From assembly GCF_006345805.1 (NCBI RefSeq), contig NC_043004.1, positions 86,056,001 through 86,120,000 of the forward strand: a DNA stretch of 64,000 nucleotides, in the 5' to 3' direction. The stretch comes from Octopus sinensis (taxonomy: Eukaryota). This document shows positions 52,535-64,000 of this stretch, piece after piece. Both the position numbers and the translations under genes were made by a program. Below the pieces are notes generated by a model. It had not been told where the DNA came from. It did no database searches and saw only the letters and a list, made by a program, of their open reading frames with translations. The first letter of the stretch is position 1. Each line of letters begins with the position of its first letter.

Positions 52535-52822
52535 AATCACAACGATGATTATTCCAGTTGATCTGATTAATGGAACAGCCAGCTTGTGAAATTAACGTAC
52601 AAGTGGTTGAGCATTCCATAGACACAAGTTTTCTTATTGTTCTGAGGGAGATTCAGCGTGACACAGAGTGTGACAAGGCCAGCCCTTTTGAACTACAGCT
52701 GAGTAGGCTGGAGCAACTTGAAATAAAGTGTCTTGCTCAAGAACGCAACGCGTCGCCAGGAATCGAACTCTCGACCTTACAATCGTGAGCCGAATACCCT
52801 AACCCTTAAGCCATACGCATCA
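52535..52822 (-). mobile_element. SINE (head D, tail T1)
   Basis: Head D GAGTTCGATTCCTGGCGACGCGTTGCGTTCTTGAGCAAGACACTTT joined to T1 AAAGGGCTGGCCTTGTCACACTCTGTGTCACGCTGAAT. Confidence 0.8.
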
Positions 52823-53426
52823 CCAACAACTTCGATAACGAAATACACGTCATTATCACCATCGTTGTCTGCATCACTTCCTTCTCCACCACTACCACCA
52901 CCACCACCATCAACAACAACAAGAGCAAAGTACATATCGTCATAGCCACCATCTCCACCATCTTCATTATAAAAGCCAATTCCGCCACCGCTATCACCAC
53001 CGCCGCCACCGCCGCCACCACCACCACCACCACAGCCGCCGCCGCACCCACCACCACCACCACTAGCGCACTGAACAAGAAACCAAGTGTGCAACAGACG
53101 TTGCAGCGACCATCCTTCAAATACCTTGCAAAAAAAAAAAAAACCCAACACTTATGACAATGATTGCAACGTACATACATAGGTTTATATGTATGTGTGT
53201 GTACGTGTTTGACTGAGTGCGTGTTTGTGTGTACGTACGTGTATACGTGTGTGTGTGTGTGTGTGTGTGTGAGTTAGCTGATGTAATATTTGCTTTAGAC
53301 AGTGAATGGTTAAAAGTAAATACATGTGACTGAGAGCAGCTTGGCTTGTATAAGACAAGATGAAAGCGAATGATGTTTGGAGAATAAAGAAAAGAGAAAT
53401 AGGATAGAGTAGAACTAAAAGAAGAT

Positions 53427-53474
<48 letters not shown>

Positions 53475-53841
53475 AGCACTGATGGAAAGAGAGCGAGAGG
53501 GCATGCAGAGAGGTGAAGGTGTGGTGTATGTTTGTGTGTGGAGTGTAATAGGAAAAGACATGAATATAAAACAAAACGCGAAAGAAGAGAATAGAGACGC
53601 TGCACAACGGAGGATTGACTAAATAGACACAGGCATGACTGTGTGGGTAAAGAAGTTCGTTCTGAAATTACGAGGATTCGTGTTCGATCCCACCACACTT
53701 CAAATTATGGTAAATGACTTTCTGGCATAGCTCCGGGGGAGGTGGAGTTGGTGAGTGCCTTAAAAGTTTAACCCTAACCCTAACTCTAAGTTAAACCCTT
53801 GTTAAGGCCGAAATGATGAGAAATGAATTGGAGAAGTGAAT

Positions 53842-54061
53842 TACAAGGGGATGCTGCGAGTTTCTGGCTTTGGGTGAAAGAAAAAACAGTAGGATCAGTT
53901 AATTATGATTTTATTCAACATATTCCTCTCTCGCATTCACAGACAATTTTGCAGTGGTCCTTCAGTTTTCAAAGCCCTGTAAAAGAACTTGGAAGGTTGA
54001 GCTTCCAGCTAGGCTTTTCGTGAAAACCTTAAACCCAGGAACTTTTCAGCACCTCGTCGTA
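53842..54061. mobile_element. mariner-type MITE
   Basis: Degenerate TIRs TACAAGGGGATGCTGCGAGTTTCTGG / TACGACGAGGTGCTGAAAAGTTCCTGG, TA ends. Confidence 0.6.
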
Positions 54062-54272
54062 CAAGGGTGAAAAGAAAACAACAGTTTAGGTTCTATCTTG
54101 TGTTTCATCGGTATTTCGGGGTTAGGACCTCTTCATCAGGAATTGTGGAGAAATAAGAAATGGAATGAACAAATTATCGTTGTTCAGATATGTGAGAGAT
54201 GTTATTGATATACGCAGACTGGTTTTGTTATTGTGACTAGTCTTCTAGCCATTGTTCCATTAACAACTTAAA

Positions 54273-54572
54273 ATGTTTTCGAGGGCCTACATATTACATA
54301 AAGTCGTCTGGAGTAAGTGTGGTGCAGCTTACATCGAGAGGACCATCCGGAAACTACATATTCACATCAAGGATCATATATGCAGATACATTTCAGGCCG
54401 TAAATATTTGCAGAAATGCCCTCCTAGGGACTTTGCTGTATCCATCAGGGCAACAAAATGTAACACAAGCAATCTTCGAATCAAAGAGGCTAAACTAATT
54501 ATGAAGCTGATCCAAGCAAAAATCATCGAAAAATATAACGATGCAATGGCAATCATGGAATGTGTACAATGA
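54273..54572 (+). pseudogene. Penelope-like GIY-YIG endonuclease remnant
   Basis: ILHKVVWSKCGAAYIERTIRKLHIHIKDH...LRIKEAKLI fits VY...C..C...YIG.T.R.L..R..EH...L.I.E...I; hammerhead-like motif just upstream on the opposite strand (54103-54144). Confidence 0.7.
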
Positions 54573-54812
54573 AAATATATACGCTGCATTGTAGGTATGA
54601 TGCCAAAAAGAAAATGTGAGAGTGTTGTGAAATTCAGCAAAAGTAAAGAAACGATTCAATGATATTATGTTCCTTTAAAAGTTTGGACTGTGTAAAGTTT
54701 CGTTTTTCAGCTCTCAGGTAACTATTCCTAACTCAAAATGGTTTTATACAAACAGTGAGAGACAGTATAATGGTGTGTTTGGACTCTTGAAGTATTTATT
54801 ACAGTTGGATTG

Positions 54813-55363
54813 TAGAGACGCTCTCTTATCACTCTAGAGTCACTCTCTTATCACTCTAAAGACACGTCGGCCGCGGGGTCATTCCGAAAAGCTCTACCTG
54901 CGACGATTTCATCTCAGTCGAAGGAGAGGAGCTTTCTCCGTCCGGGTTGCGGATCCGTGGAACAAGCTGCCAGACGAGATGGTGAAGATGCCGACGACCG
55001 CTTTGTTCAAAGCCTCCCTTGACCTCAAGTGGCCTGAACTCTTTACATGAACACCACCCTGTACTTAACTCCATGTCCCCCTACATGGCCTTGCTATTTG
55101 CTTTTGAGCCAATTAACTAACTAACTAACTCTCTTATCACTCTAGAGACACACTCTTATCATTCTAGAGTCACTATCTTATCACTCTAAAGACACTCTTT
55201 TATCACCCTAGAGACACTTTCTTATCACTCTAGAGACACTCTCTTATCACTCTAGAGACACTCTCTTATCACTCTAGAGACACTCTCTTATCACTCTAGA
55301 GACACTCTCTTATCACTCTAGAGTCACTCTCTTATCACTTTAGAGACACTCTCTTATCACTCA
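54813..55363. repeat. 22-bp minisatellite CTCTAGAGACACTCTCTTATCA, interrupted by a LINE fragment
   Basis: About 2 units at 54813-54864 and about 10 units at 55128-55363. Confidence 0.93.
54865..55130 (+). mobile_element. 3' end of a CR1-clade LINE
   Basis: Open frame 54865-55050 RRPRGHSEKLYLRRFHLSRRRGAFSVRVADPWNKLPDEMVKMPTTALFKASLDLKWPELFT*, short 3' UTR, (AACT)n tail. Confidence 0.88.
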
Positions 55364-56032
55364 CACCATTTTTACAGTGAAAGAGTGTTTGTTCGTTGGA
55401 AATCTCCAACGACCGAGGTTCGTAATTTCAAACTGTGATATGAAATATACAAGTGTATATTTCATATACAAATGTATATTTCATATCTTTGAAGGAAAAC
55501 AGATGAGATTTGTCCAGTGTATCAGTAATTCAGTAACGTTGCCAAGAAAACACAGGATTGTTTTGAACTGAATCGTCCTGAGAAAACACTGGGTTGTATT
55601 AACTTGAATAATGCTAAGAAAATACCGGATTAGGATTTGCTATAAAACCAATGATAATTTAGTAACCTCGCTAAGAAAGCAATGAACTAGATTAACCTAA
55701 AACTAACAATACTTCAGTAATCCTGATAAGAAAACGCTGGAACGGATTAGCCATGATCAGGAGCTGGGTTTGCGAACGAAATTTTATGAAGGTTTCTCAC
55801 GTAAATCAGAGACTCACTGGTGGTTGGGTAACTAGTTCAAATCGCGATATGGGCTCACGACGCAAACAGCTGCAGTGGTATCAGTGGTATTCTGGTATCA
55901 GTGGTGCTGTGTCACGATTCTTCCTCAGTTTTCTTTTGTCATCGAATACTGCCCGTGTGCATTCTTGCAGTGGGGTGCAGACTTTAGTCATATTGGTTTC
56001 AAATTTTGGCACAAGGCCAGCAATTTTGGAAT

Positions 56033-56130
56033 AGGACCTACGTATTACATGAAATCGTCTAGAGTAAGTGTGGGACAACTTACATCGAGAGGACCATCAG
56101 GAAACTACATATCCACATCAAGGCTCATTA
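56033..56130 (+). pseudogene. Second partial copy of the GIY-YIG remnant
   Basis: Aligns with 54282-54377. Confidence 0.7.
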
Positions 56131-57117
56131 CATCAACTCACATAATACTTATTTGATCGACGGAGAAAAAGTAATGTCGACCCCGGCGGCATTTGAACTC
56201 AGAACGTAAACATGAACAACATGCCGCAAAGCATTTCGCCCGTTTTACTAACTATTCTGCCGCCTCACCGTCTTAGAATTCAGTAATAGTATCAAGAAGA
56301 CAGCGTTGGAATAACCAGATGAAAGAATCCAACAGAAATTTAGAAATTTTGCTAAGAAAATAAATGGATTCGATCAGCCTTAACTTGTGGCAATTTATTT
56401 ATCGTTTATTTACTGATATTTCTTTACAAATCCTGTTTTAGTTTGTTATAACATTTCCCCAAATTGTATTACGTTCCCTATAGGATTCTCTACTCAAAAC
56501 TAATTGTGTAGCTGAGAGGTGTATTCGCTGATATTACACCTAAGTATGATACCAGTATATATTCAAGCTATTGACAGAAGATATATGTGGTGGTCATACC
56601 TGCTAGAAATAATAACCAAATACTTATCAAATCGTTTTCTGTTGCCTTAGAAAACAAAAGACATATTGAATAGTGTAGCCTTACTTGCAATTTGCCTGTC
56701 TGGAAACGTATAATATAGCCATGATTGGAACGTCTTTGATCTTAAGTGTGATTGTTGAAAGCTAAGCTGAAGCTGAGACCAAGTTACACCACTAAAATAC
56801 TGCAAGTGATTATCCACGTCAAGGCGGAAAGGATAAAGTGGTTCTATGTGGTTTCATGACCAACTAAACATAGCAACCAAATTCCCTTCAAATCATACGC
56901 TACAAAGCCATGGAACCATACAATTATGTGTGTGTGTACATATAGTCAATTATGTGGATAAACAGATTAAATATTATAGAAAAATCTCTCTGTCGCTTGT
57001 TACTTTGTGTAAGTTTGATCTTTCAGTATGGAAATATATGTATATTTATACTTAAATATTCATCGTCTGAAAATCTTCAGCTACTGTTTTATTTCTCTTT
57101 GCATATAAATTTATATA

Positions 57118-57243
57118 TGCAGAAGTACCTCGGTTTTCGAACAATTCTGATCGCGAATAAATCGTGGTTTATGTATATGTATAGACAGATATAGATATAT
57201 ATAAAGCACAATTTATTCGTTCGTAAACCGAGGTACTATTGTA
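57118..57243. mobile_element. pogo/Tigger-type MITE
   Basis: AGTACCTCGGTTTTCGAAC...CGAATAAATCGTGGTTTAT inverted with ATAAAGCACAATTTATTCG-TTCGTAAACCGAGGTACT; extra right end at about 57290-57330. Confidence 0.65.
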
Positions 57244-57392
57244 TTGAATGAATATGAGAAAGACAGGAGATAAAGTACGACTTATTCGTGATAAAGTACG
57301 ATTTATTCGAAAAACGAAGTTCTACTGTATTCGCCATGATAGATCACCAGCCACTTAACCATTTTCTATTTCCTCTCCCTGTTTATTTTTGT

Positions 57393-57430
57393 GTCCTTTT
57401 CTGTCGAAGAGCGTAGGCTCGAAACGTAAA
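57393..57430 (+). ncRNA. Family H hammerhead-like motif, core CUGUCGA (repeat spans about 57332-57430)
   Basis: GUCCUUUU-CUGUCGA-A-GAGC(GUAG)GCUC-GAAA-C-GUA-AA. Confidence 0.55.
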
Positions 57431-58002
57431 CTAATTACATGCATACATACAAACATGCATACATACATACATTGCTTAGAGCTGTCTTGATAGATTCTAA
57501 AAAAACCTGTAACCAATGATCACGGATTGGAATTGCAATGATGTATCCACACAATCCGCGCTGACCTAAAATAAAACAAAATCAGCACCGCCACCACCAG
57601 CACCGCCACCAGCACCAGCACCAACAGCTATAGCAGTAGCAGTAGAAATGTCCATTTATTTGAACTACTCAAGGGGAAAATTAAATTAAAAATAAAATAA
57701 TGACTTCACTTAAACCAGCAAAGAAAACTATGTTAACAAACCAAAAAGCGAAGTTCATTTTGTCTGAGACAACGTAATTGTTTCTGGCAGCCAGTTTTAC
57801 CGATTATTTATTAAATATGATATGGCATTTTCGTGAGAAGGAATTACACTACTCTGAGTTTACGAAAGTGAAAGTACTACTTCATTGACCTACACGTATA
57901 TCAAAGTGCAGCTAACAATCGGATGGTCTTAATTTCCATAACCTCTGTTTCTTCCTGCTATAATCGATCACTTTTCATTTGCAATATCTATAGGCTTCGG
58001 AA

Positions 58003-58582
58003 AGCGGAGATCTGGCAGAAACGTTATCACGCCGGGCGAAATGCTTAGCAGTATTTCGTCTGTCTTTATGTTCTGAGTTCAAATTCCGCCGAGATCAACT
58101 TTGCCTTTCATCCTTTCGGGATCGATTAAATAAGTACCAGTTATGCACTGGGTTCGATGTAATCGACTTAATCCGTTTGTCTGTCCTTGTTTGTCCTCTC
58201 TGTGTTTAGCCCCTTGTGGGTAGTAAAGAAATAGGTATTTCGCCTACCGCTGCGTTCTGAGTTCAAATTCCGCCGAGGTCGACTTTGCCTTTCATCCTTT
58301 CGGGATCGATTAAATAAGTACCAGTTATGCACTGGGGTCGATATAATTGACTTAATCTGTTTGTCTGTCCTTGTTTTTCCCCTCTGTGTTTAGCCCCTTG
58401 TGGGTAGTAAAGAAATAAGGAACGTTAGCACGCCGGGCGAAATGCTTAGCGGTATTTCGTCTGTTTTTATGCTCTGAGTTCAAATTCCACCGAGGTCGAC
58501 TTTGCCTTTCATCCTTTTGGGGTTGATGAATTTAGTTCCAGTTGCGTATATTTCAACTCTTGTGCCTAGATTAGAAAAGAAT
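58003..58582 (+). mobile_element. SINE B trimer
   Basis: Units at about 58003-58232, 58233-58418 and 58420-58582. Confidence 0.88.
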
Positions 58583-58699
58583 ATATATAAGCGTCGGTAA
58601 TCATGGATTTGCATCCCAATGTCCAAAGGCTTCTGAATTTAAAGTTCAAGTGGCTGAGCATTCTGCTGACTCGCGTACACTTAACATGGCAGTTGCACG

Positions 58700-59054
58700 G
58701 TCGCGAAAGCTATGTTGTTATCCTCATTCCGTAAACGGTGGTTTTTAACGGGTGGAGAGCTGAACCATCCTGGGGTAGAGAGGATTCACAATCTAGACTA
58801 GGGTCTTAAAGTTTACTACACCATAGTGTGCTACACCATGGTTCCTTTGTTTTGTGGCAGAAGTAGGACGAAAGAGTGAGAGAAAGTTGTAGTGAAAGAG
58901 TACAGCGGGGTTCACCCACACACCACCGCCGTAGCCTCATGGAACTTAGGTGTTTTTACTCAATAAACACTCACAATACCCGGTCTGGGAATCGAAACCG
59001 CGTTCTTAAGACCGCGAGTCCGCTGCCCTAACCACTGGGCCATTGAGCCTCCAC
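58700..59054 (-). mobile_element. SINE head C with tail T4
   Basis: Matches 9887-10190. Confidence 0.8.
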
Positions 59055-59616
59055 CACTTGCTGTTGTTGATGTTGTGGCTGTTGATGTTACTGTTTTTGT
59101 TGTTGGTGATGGTGTTGGTGAGGATGGTATTTAAACTCATGCCGATCCATTTAGAAAAGTGCCTCTTTTATGGCATTTCAAACTACTGCAAGTTACATTA
59201 ATCAATCAGACATATGTAACCGTAAAAACAATAGAATCATATTTCCTCACACTAAAACAACACAATACAATTCGCTTTAGGAAGCGTTTGTGCATAGATA
59301 CATTTGACGACGAGTATATCGTTACTCTAAAGTGTTGATTTCACAACTCGTAGAAGATGAATGGTCTGTAGCAGTCCGATATTCCATTACATTTATAAAT
59401 AATCCTCTGAAGAGTTTCTAGAACCAAATGAGATACAAACTCATTTTTCACTCCTTTCTGCAATAATTCAAATGCTTGCTTGATTCGGTATTATATTCTA
59501 AATAATTTTCTTAAGCTTCATTCCAGAAATAATAATCAGGTCACGGAATTGCTGAGAAGAAAGTTAACCATTCCACTTATGCGCGAACCACTATTATTAT
59601 TATTATCATTATTATA

Positions 59617-59717
<101 letters not shown>

Positions 59718-59887
59718 TATTACGCCGGAGAAAATGCTTAGCGGCATCTCATATGTCTTTGCGTCCTAAGATCAAATTCCGTTGAGGTCGAATTTCCCTC
59801 TCATTATTTAGGGGACGATAAAATAAGTACAAGTGGAGCCCTGGGGTCGATGTAACCAACTTTCTATCCCACTCCGAAATTTGAAAC

Positions 59888-59923
<36 letters not shown>

Positions 59924-59925
<2 letters not shown>

Positions 59926-60562
59926 TATGTTTGACTTTTGCTTTACATTTGCACAAGCTGGCTCCAAGTCTCACCCAGAGACCTCAAGAGACAACAAGTT
60001 GGAAGTTCATGTTGGTGTTATGCCTAGGGTGCCATATATTTGGTTTTGTACTTAGTGTTGTACTAGTGAATGCCTAAAAAACCATACGAAAATTATGTTT
60101 GTTTTAAAACTTGAGATTACATAGAAAGTATTTTGCGTAGGATATGAGCAGTTCCTATGAGCACTATCTTTTGAATTTCTGCCATTTTTGGGTTTCCTGG
60201 TATCTGAGTTAGGTAGCAATCAGCCCCATTTGTTATCATTCCCAGGGCACCTATGACAACAGGTATTGCTTTAGTCTTCAGGTTCCACATTTTGCTGATT
60301 TCTATTTCAAGATCTTTATATTTGCTCATTTTCTGGTAGGTCTTGACAGATATGTTTATATCGATTAGGACAGTCGACAATGAGGAGGCATGTTTTTTGT
60401 CTGAAGTCTTTTACTATGATGTCTGACCTATTTGCATCTATCTTTCTGTCAGTTTGAATAGTGAAGTTCCAGAGGAATGAGATGTGGTCATTTCCAAGCA
60501 CTGGAGGTGGTTTGTGTTCCCACCAGTTTTTATCATGAAGCAAGTCCAGGCTTTTGCAAATT
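59924..60562 (-). mobile_element. Second Dong/R4 family, RLE domain plus 3' UTR, in (TAA)n
   Basis: WWEHKPPPV...LWNFTIQTDRKIDANRSDII (frameshift) KMSKYKDLEIEISKMWNLKTKAIPVVIGALG...GTAHILRKILSM*; (TTA)n on both sides; 3' UTR differs from 11675-11772. Confidence 0.92.
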
Positions 60563-60614
60563 ATTATTATTATTATTATTGTTGTTGTTATTGTTGTTGT
60601 TGTTGTCATCGTCG

Positions 60615-60645
<31 letters not shown>

Positions 60646-60667
60646 TATTATTATGATTATGATTATT

Positions 60668-61893
60668 AAAGATCGAGTAGAGGTCGCGAGTGCGAACATC
60701 ACCTTCTTAATCACGCCCGTTGAACGGGACTGTTTACATTTCTGCCTCCTGTGGAAAGACCGCATTCTACTGGTCAGGCGGTCCGTAAATCGTCAGCGTG
60801 CTCTGGGAGACTGGCTTGCCATGTCATAGCTGCTAATCACCGACAGGTGTTGCGACTACGCAAATTCGTGAACCGGTATGGTCTCCGTTAGTAAGGCTCG
60901 CTTTTCCCCTGCTCATTTCTTTCACAGAGCTGCAATCCTGGGTCTAGAAAAGACGAAGATTAGGCGCCTGGGATCAAGAATTTTGTCATGCGCTCAGTGC
61001 TTTCTGTAAGTCAGGGAATACGGTCAGTGGAAGTTCTACAGTAGCAGTACATAGTAATATAGTGGTGGGTAAGCGCCGTAACGTTCTCAGTGAAACTCTA
61101 GGAATTTGAGGCATTCAGAATCGGTACTACCATGGATAACTTCCAGAAATCCCTAGCCTGGTAGTGCTGCTGAGGAATAGTGACAGTTTAAGATAAATTT
61201 TACAGGCACGTAAGCACTGTCAGGCGGGGCTGTTCGAGGTGCGCACAGAACGACGAAACCGTTCTGCATGCACTCGTGCAGTGTCCAAGTATTTTGGGTT
61301 TGTGGAGTTATGTCGAACAGCTGTTATCATGAGTGGGACTAATCCGAATATCGACCGAATCCACCGTGAGAATCGATGAACCTTTAACAAGGCAGAGCAA
61401 TCGGTGTTCCTCTGTCCAGTGGCTATGGCGAAAGAGGTTGTGAGATGGACGAGAAAGGACTGAGAAAAGACATACTCCTCTTCAGTGAAGCTCTCACCGA
61501 CTTTTGCAAGTTCCACCTGGAAAGGTAAGTGAGGGTGGAGAGATAAGTGCTACCTCGGAGCGAATTTATGAAAATATTGGTGACTGGCAAAATGGTTAGA
61601 GTGATTCACCACACTTCACGTTTTCGCCTGTAGGGGAGCAAGAGGAGAGGGGTCCCGTACCATTGGTGGTCATGTTAATCCATGGTCTGTGGGCTTCCTT
61701 GATTGGCCCTTGTTGAGGTTTCTCCTGCTTTCGGAGGGTTGCATCTTTCATGTTATCACATTCTTTGTATACCATGTGCACATTTATCACATTTCATTGT
61801 CTTTTCCATTTGTTTCTCACCATCCTTTCTGTAAATCTCCACACAAATTGTTGCCTGTCCTTGTGATGTTCCCTTGTGGCTAATAACAGAAAT
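60668..61893 (+). mobile_element. Degenerate Tx1/L1-clade LINE, 3' portion
   Basis: LLWKDRILLVRRS, QKSLAW, CSRCAQNDETVLHALVQCP...LW zinc knuckle (from 61231), VFLCPVAMAKEVV, pyrimidine-rich 3' UTR ending CCCTTGTGGCTAATAACAGAAA. Confidence 0.75.
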
Positions 61894-62577
61894 TAGCAGC
61901 ACCGTCTATAACTCTTGGTCCAATAAGGCTTCCACAACACCTCATAAACCTTCTGTACTCGATATGATTCAGATACAAGCAACGTCAAACACTTCGTGCT
62001 AATATAGGTCGCAGGTTAAAGGTTGGGTGAGTGCTATGACTTCAAGAGTAAGCAAAAGGCTAACCAAATGTCTCATGTTATTCTCTGTATATCCGGTTTT
62101 ATATCGGAGCAACCTTCTCTTGGACACTACGTTGACTGAGATATATGTTGACCGGCGGCTGATATCAAATAAAGCGCTAAATACTTATAATATGCAAATT
62201 AGTTGCTCCAGGTCTCTGGCGCTACTGAATTTGTTGTGTTTATAAACAGATTGGCTGCGTGTTTCTCTTGGATTTGTTAAGTGGTGCAAACCTTTCTGAT
62301 GATAAACCCAATTAGTTCCGAAAATCGATTAAGGCTGTTTGTCATTTCTTTTTCAATCTAAGTTGAGATACAAGCATTTGCCATGATTGTATGATTACTA
62401 CGTAGCTGCATACGTATTTGCATATATTTTAACATTTTGCTTAGGCATTGATAATAACCTGGTGTTAAAACTCAATATACACATGCATTAGAGAAAGCGT
62501 AAGTCGAATACAGAGAATAATAAAAGATTATATAAGAGACGAGAGAACAAGAAATTCTGTAATGATCTTCATTAGCT

Positions 62578-62609
<32 letters not shown>

Positions 62610-63446
62610 ATATATATACTCGTATCATTTTGCATCAGAAGTTAGAAACAACACGAAGATATCCATATATGCGTGTATGTGTGTTTTAGTGCACCGGAAC
62701 GCCAGTGTAACCAGTGCCAAAAGATTAAAAATGACGAAAACATAAATGTGTATGTATGTATATATGCCTCTCTTCCTCTGTCTCTGTCTGTCTTTCTCCC
62801 CCCCCTCTCTCTATATATATATTCTTATAGTCTTTCTATATGTTTGATATAACTTTAAACATGTCAACATAAGAATAACAGTAGCGTCTGTGTTTCTTTT
62901 ACTCTTGTTTTACTTTCTTGCAAAGTGTCGTCTGCAAGTTAAGAAAGAAAGATGTAAACTTAATCGATCTCTACGTACAAAATGAATAAACATAAACCAT
63001 TATATGGAGCTAATCGTCGCTGTTAAAGTATGTCGAGATCGATTTACATGGTTAACTGACCTTAGCGACGGTATCTTGACGTAACGGAAATGTCTGCAAG
63101 AATACGCTCATTCAAACATCAGGTATTCTTTTTAAGTAGCTGGAACCAAGCGTGGCACTTCACAAGCTTAGAATTCTGATCACGCAGACTCAACAGTCTC
63201 AAACGTATACATGTACACACACACACGCACACACACATTCATACATGCATATATATATATATACACACACATGCATATACGCACACCGACACATACACAC
63301 ACACATATAAATGCCCATGAATACACTGTCATACATATACATATATATGTGTGTTCACATACTCATATATATATATATACACATACATATATAGAAGTAT
63401 ACACATGCATACTTACAGATATAAACATATATATGCACATAGATTG

Positions 63447-63478
<32 letters not shown>

Positions 63479-64000
63479 GGCACTTATGCAAATATACATA
63501 GAAAATCAAACATATTTATCTATATGCATACATACACACACACACACATATACACACGTATATATATATATATGTGTATACACACACACATTCGTACGTA
63601 CACACCAAACCTCATTTCGCATATACACTTGTACATACAGGAATGCTTTCACATACTTAAACACCAACAACCTACATGCACACGCAAATACGTACATAGA
63701 CAATCGTACACTTGCAAAACTATGTACACACACACGGGTCACATATATGTACACACACAAACACGTATATTTTCTCACACGCATATACTTCTATATAAAG
63801 AGGAATTGTTGTAAACATACGTATGCACATACATTAGCGCACGTACTAACATCCACAAATTCACACACACACACGCACATACACACAGATAAATCGATAG
63901 AAATACGAGTAGACACAAGTGCAATCATATACAGAGTCACATATGTAGATCTACGTACAGAGAAATACATAAACACATACATACAAAATGACGTAGAGAA

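Noticed and set aside
53768-53800. Telomeric TAACCC repeats
   Set aside because: Only 2-3 units; no evidence of a real interstitial telomere
55128-55363. CRISPR-like array
   Set aside because: Units are contiguous with no spacers; eukaryotic minisatellite
61896-62031. Exon ending at a strong donor GG|GTGAGT
   Set aside because: Stops in all three frames and no good acceptor
62833-62875. miR-190-like hairpin (ATATGTTTGATAT)
   Set aside because: Seed mismatch, 3' part does not match, and stem too short

Overview
AT-rich eukaryotic DNA saturated with microsatellites and interspersed repeats. The tRNA-derived SINE families look like those of Octopus; this is recognition from memory, not a database hit. 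I find no intact host protein-coding gene, and nearly all ORF-track entries are microsatellite or SINE read-through. The window reads as intergenic or long-intron DNA, with a possible promoter and non-coding exons on the minus strand at the left end. Recognisable coding remnants are all from transposons: R4/Dong-clade RLE retrotransposons, a Tx1/L1-clade LINE, a CR1-clade 3' end, Penelope GIY-YIG and RT pieces, a Helitron helicase, and Tc1/mariner and pogo pieces. The most interesting signals are: (1) several repeats carrying minimal type-I hammerhead ribozyme motifs, including a four-copy family with a non-canonical CUGUNGA core; (2) two groups of R4-clade elements sitting in different microsatellites, (TAA)n and (CATA)n; (3) a SINE whose 3' tail resembles the 3' end of the Tx1-like LINE and is usually followed by GGTATT; (4) SINE heads and tails occurring in mixed combinations. 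All alignments and folds were done by eye, so repeat boundaries are approximate. Family labels A-F, H, X and T1-T4 are my own.
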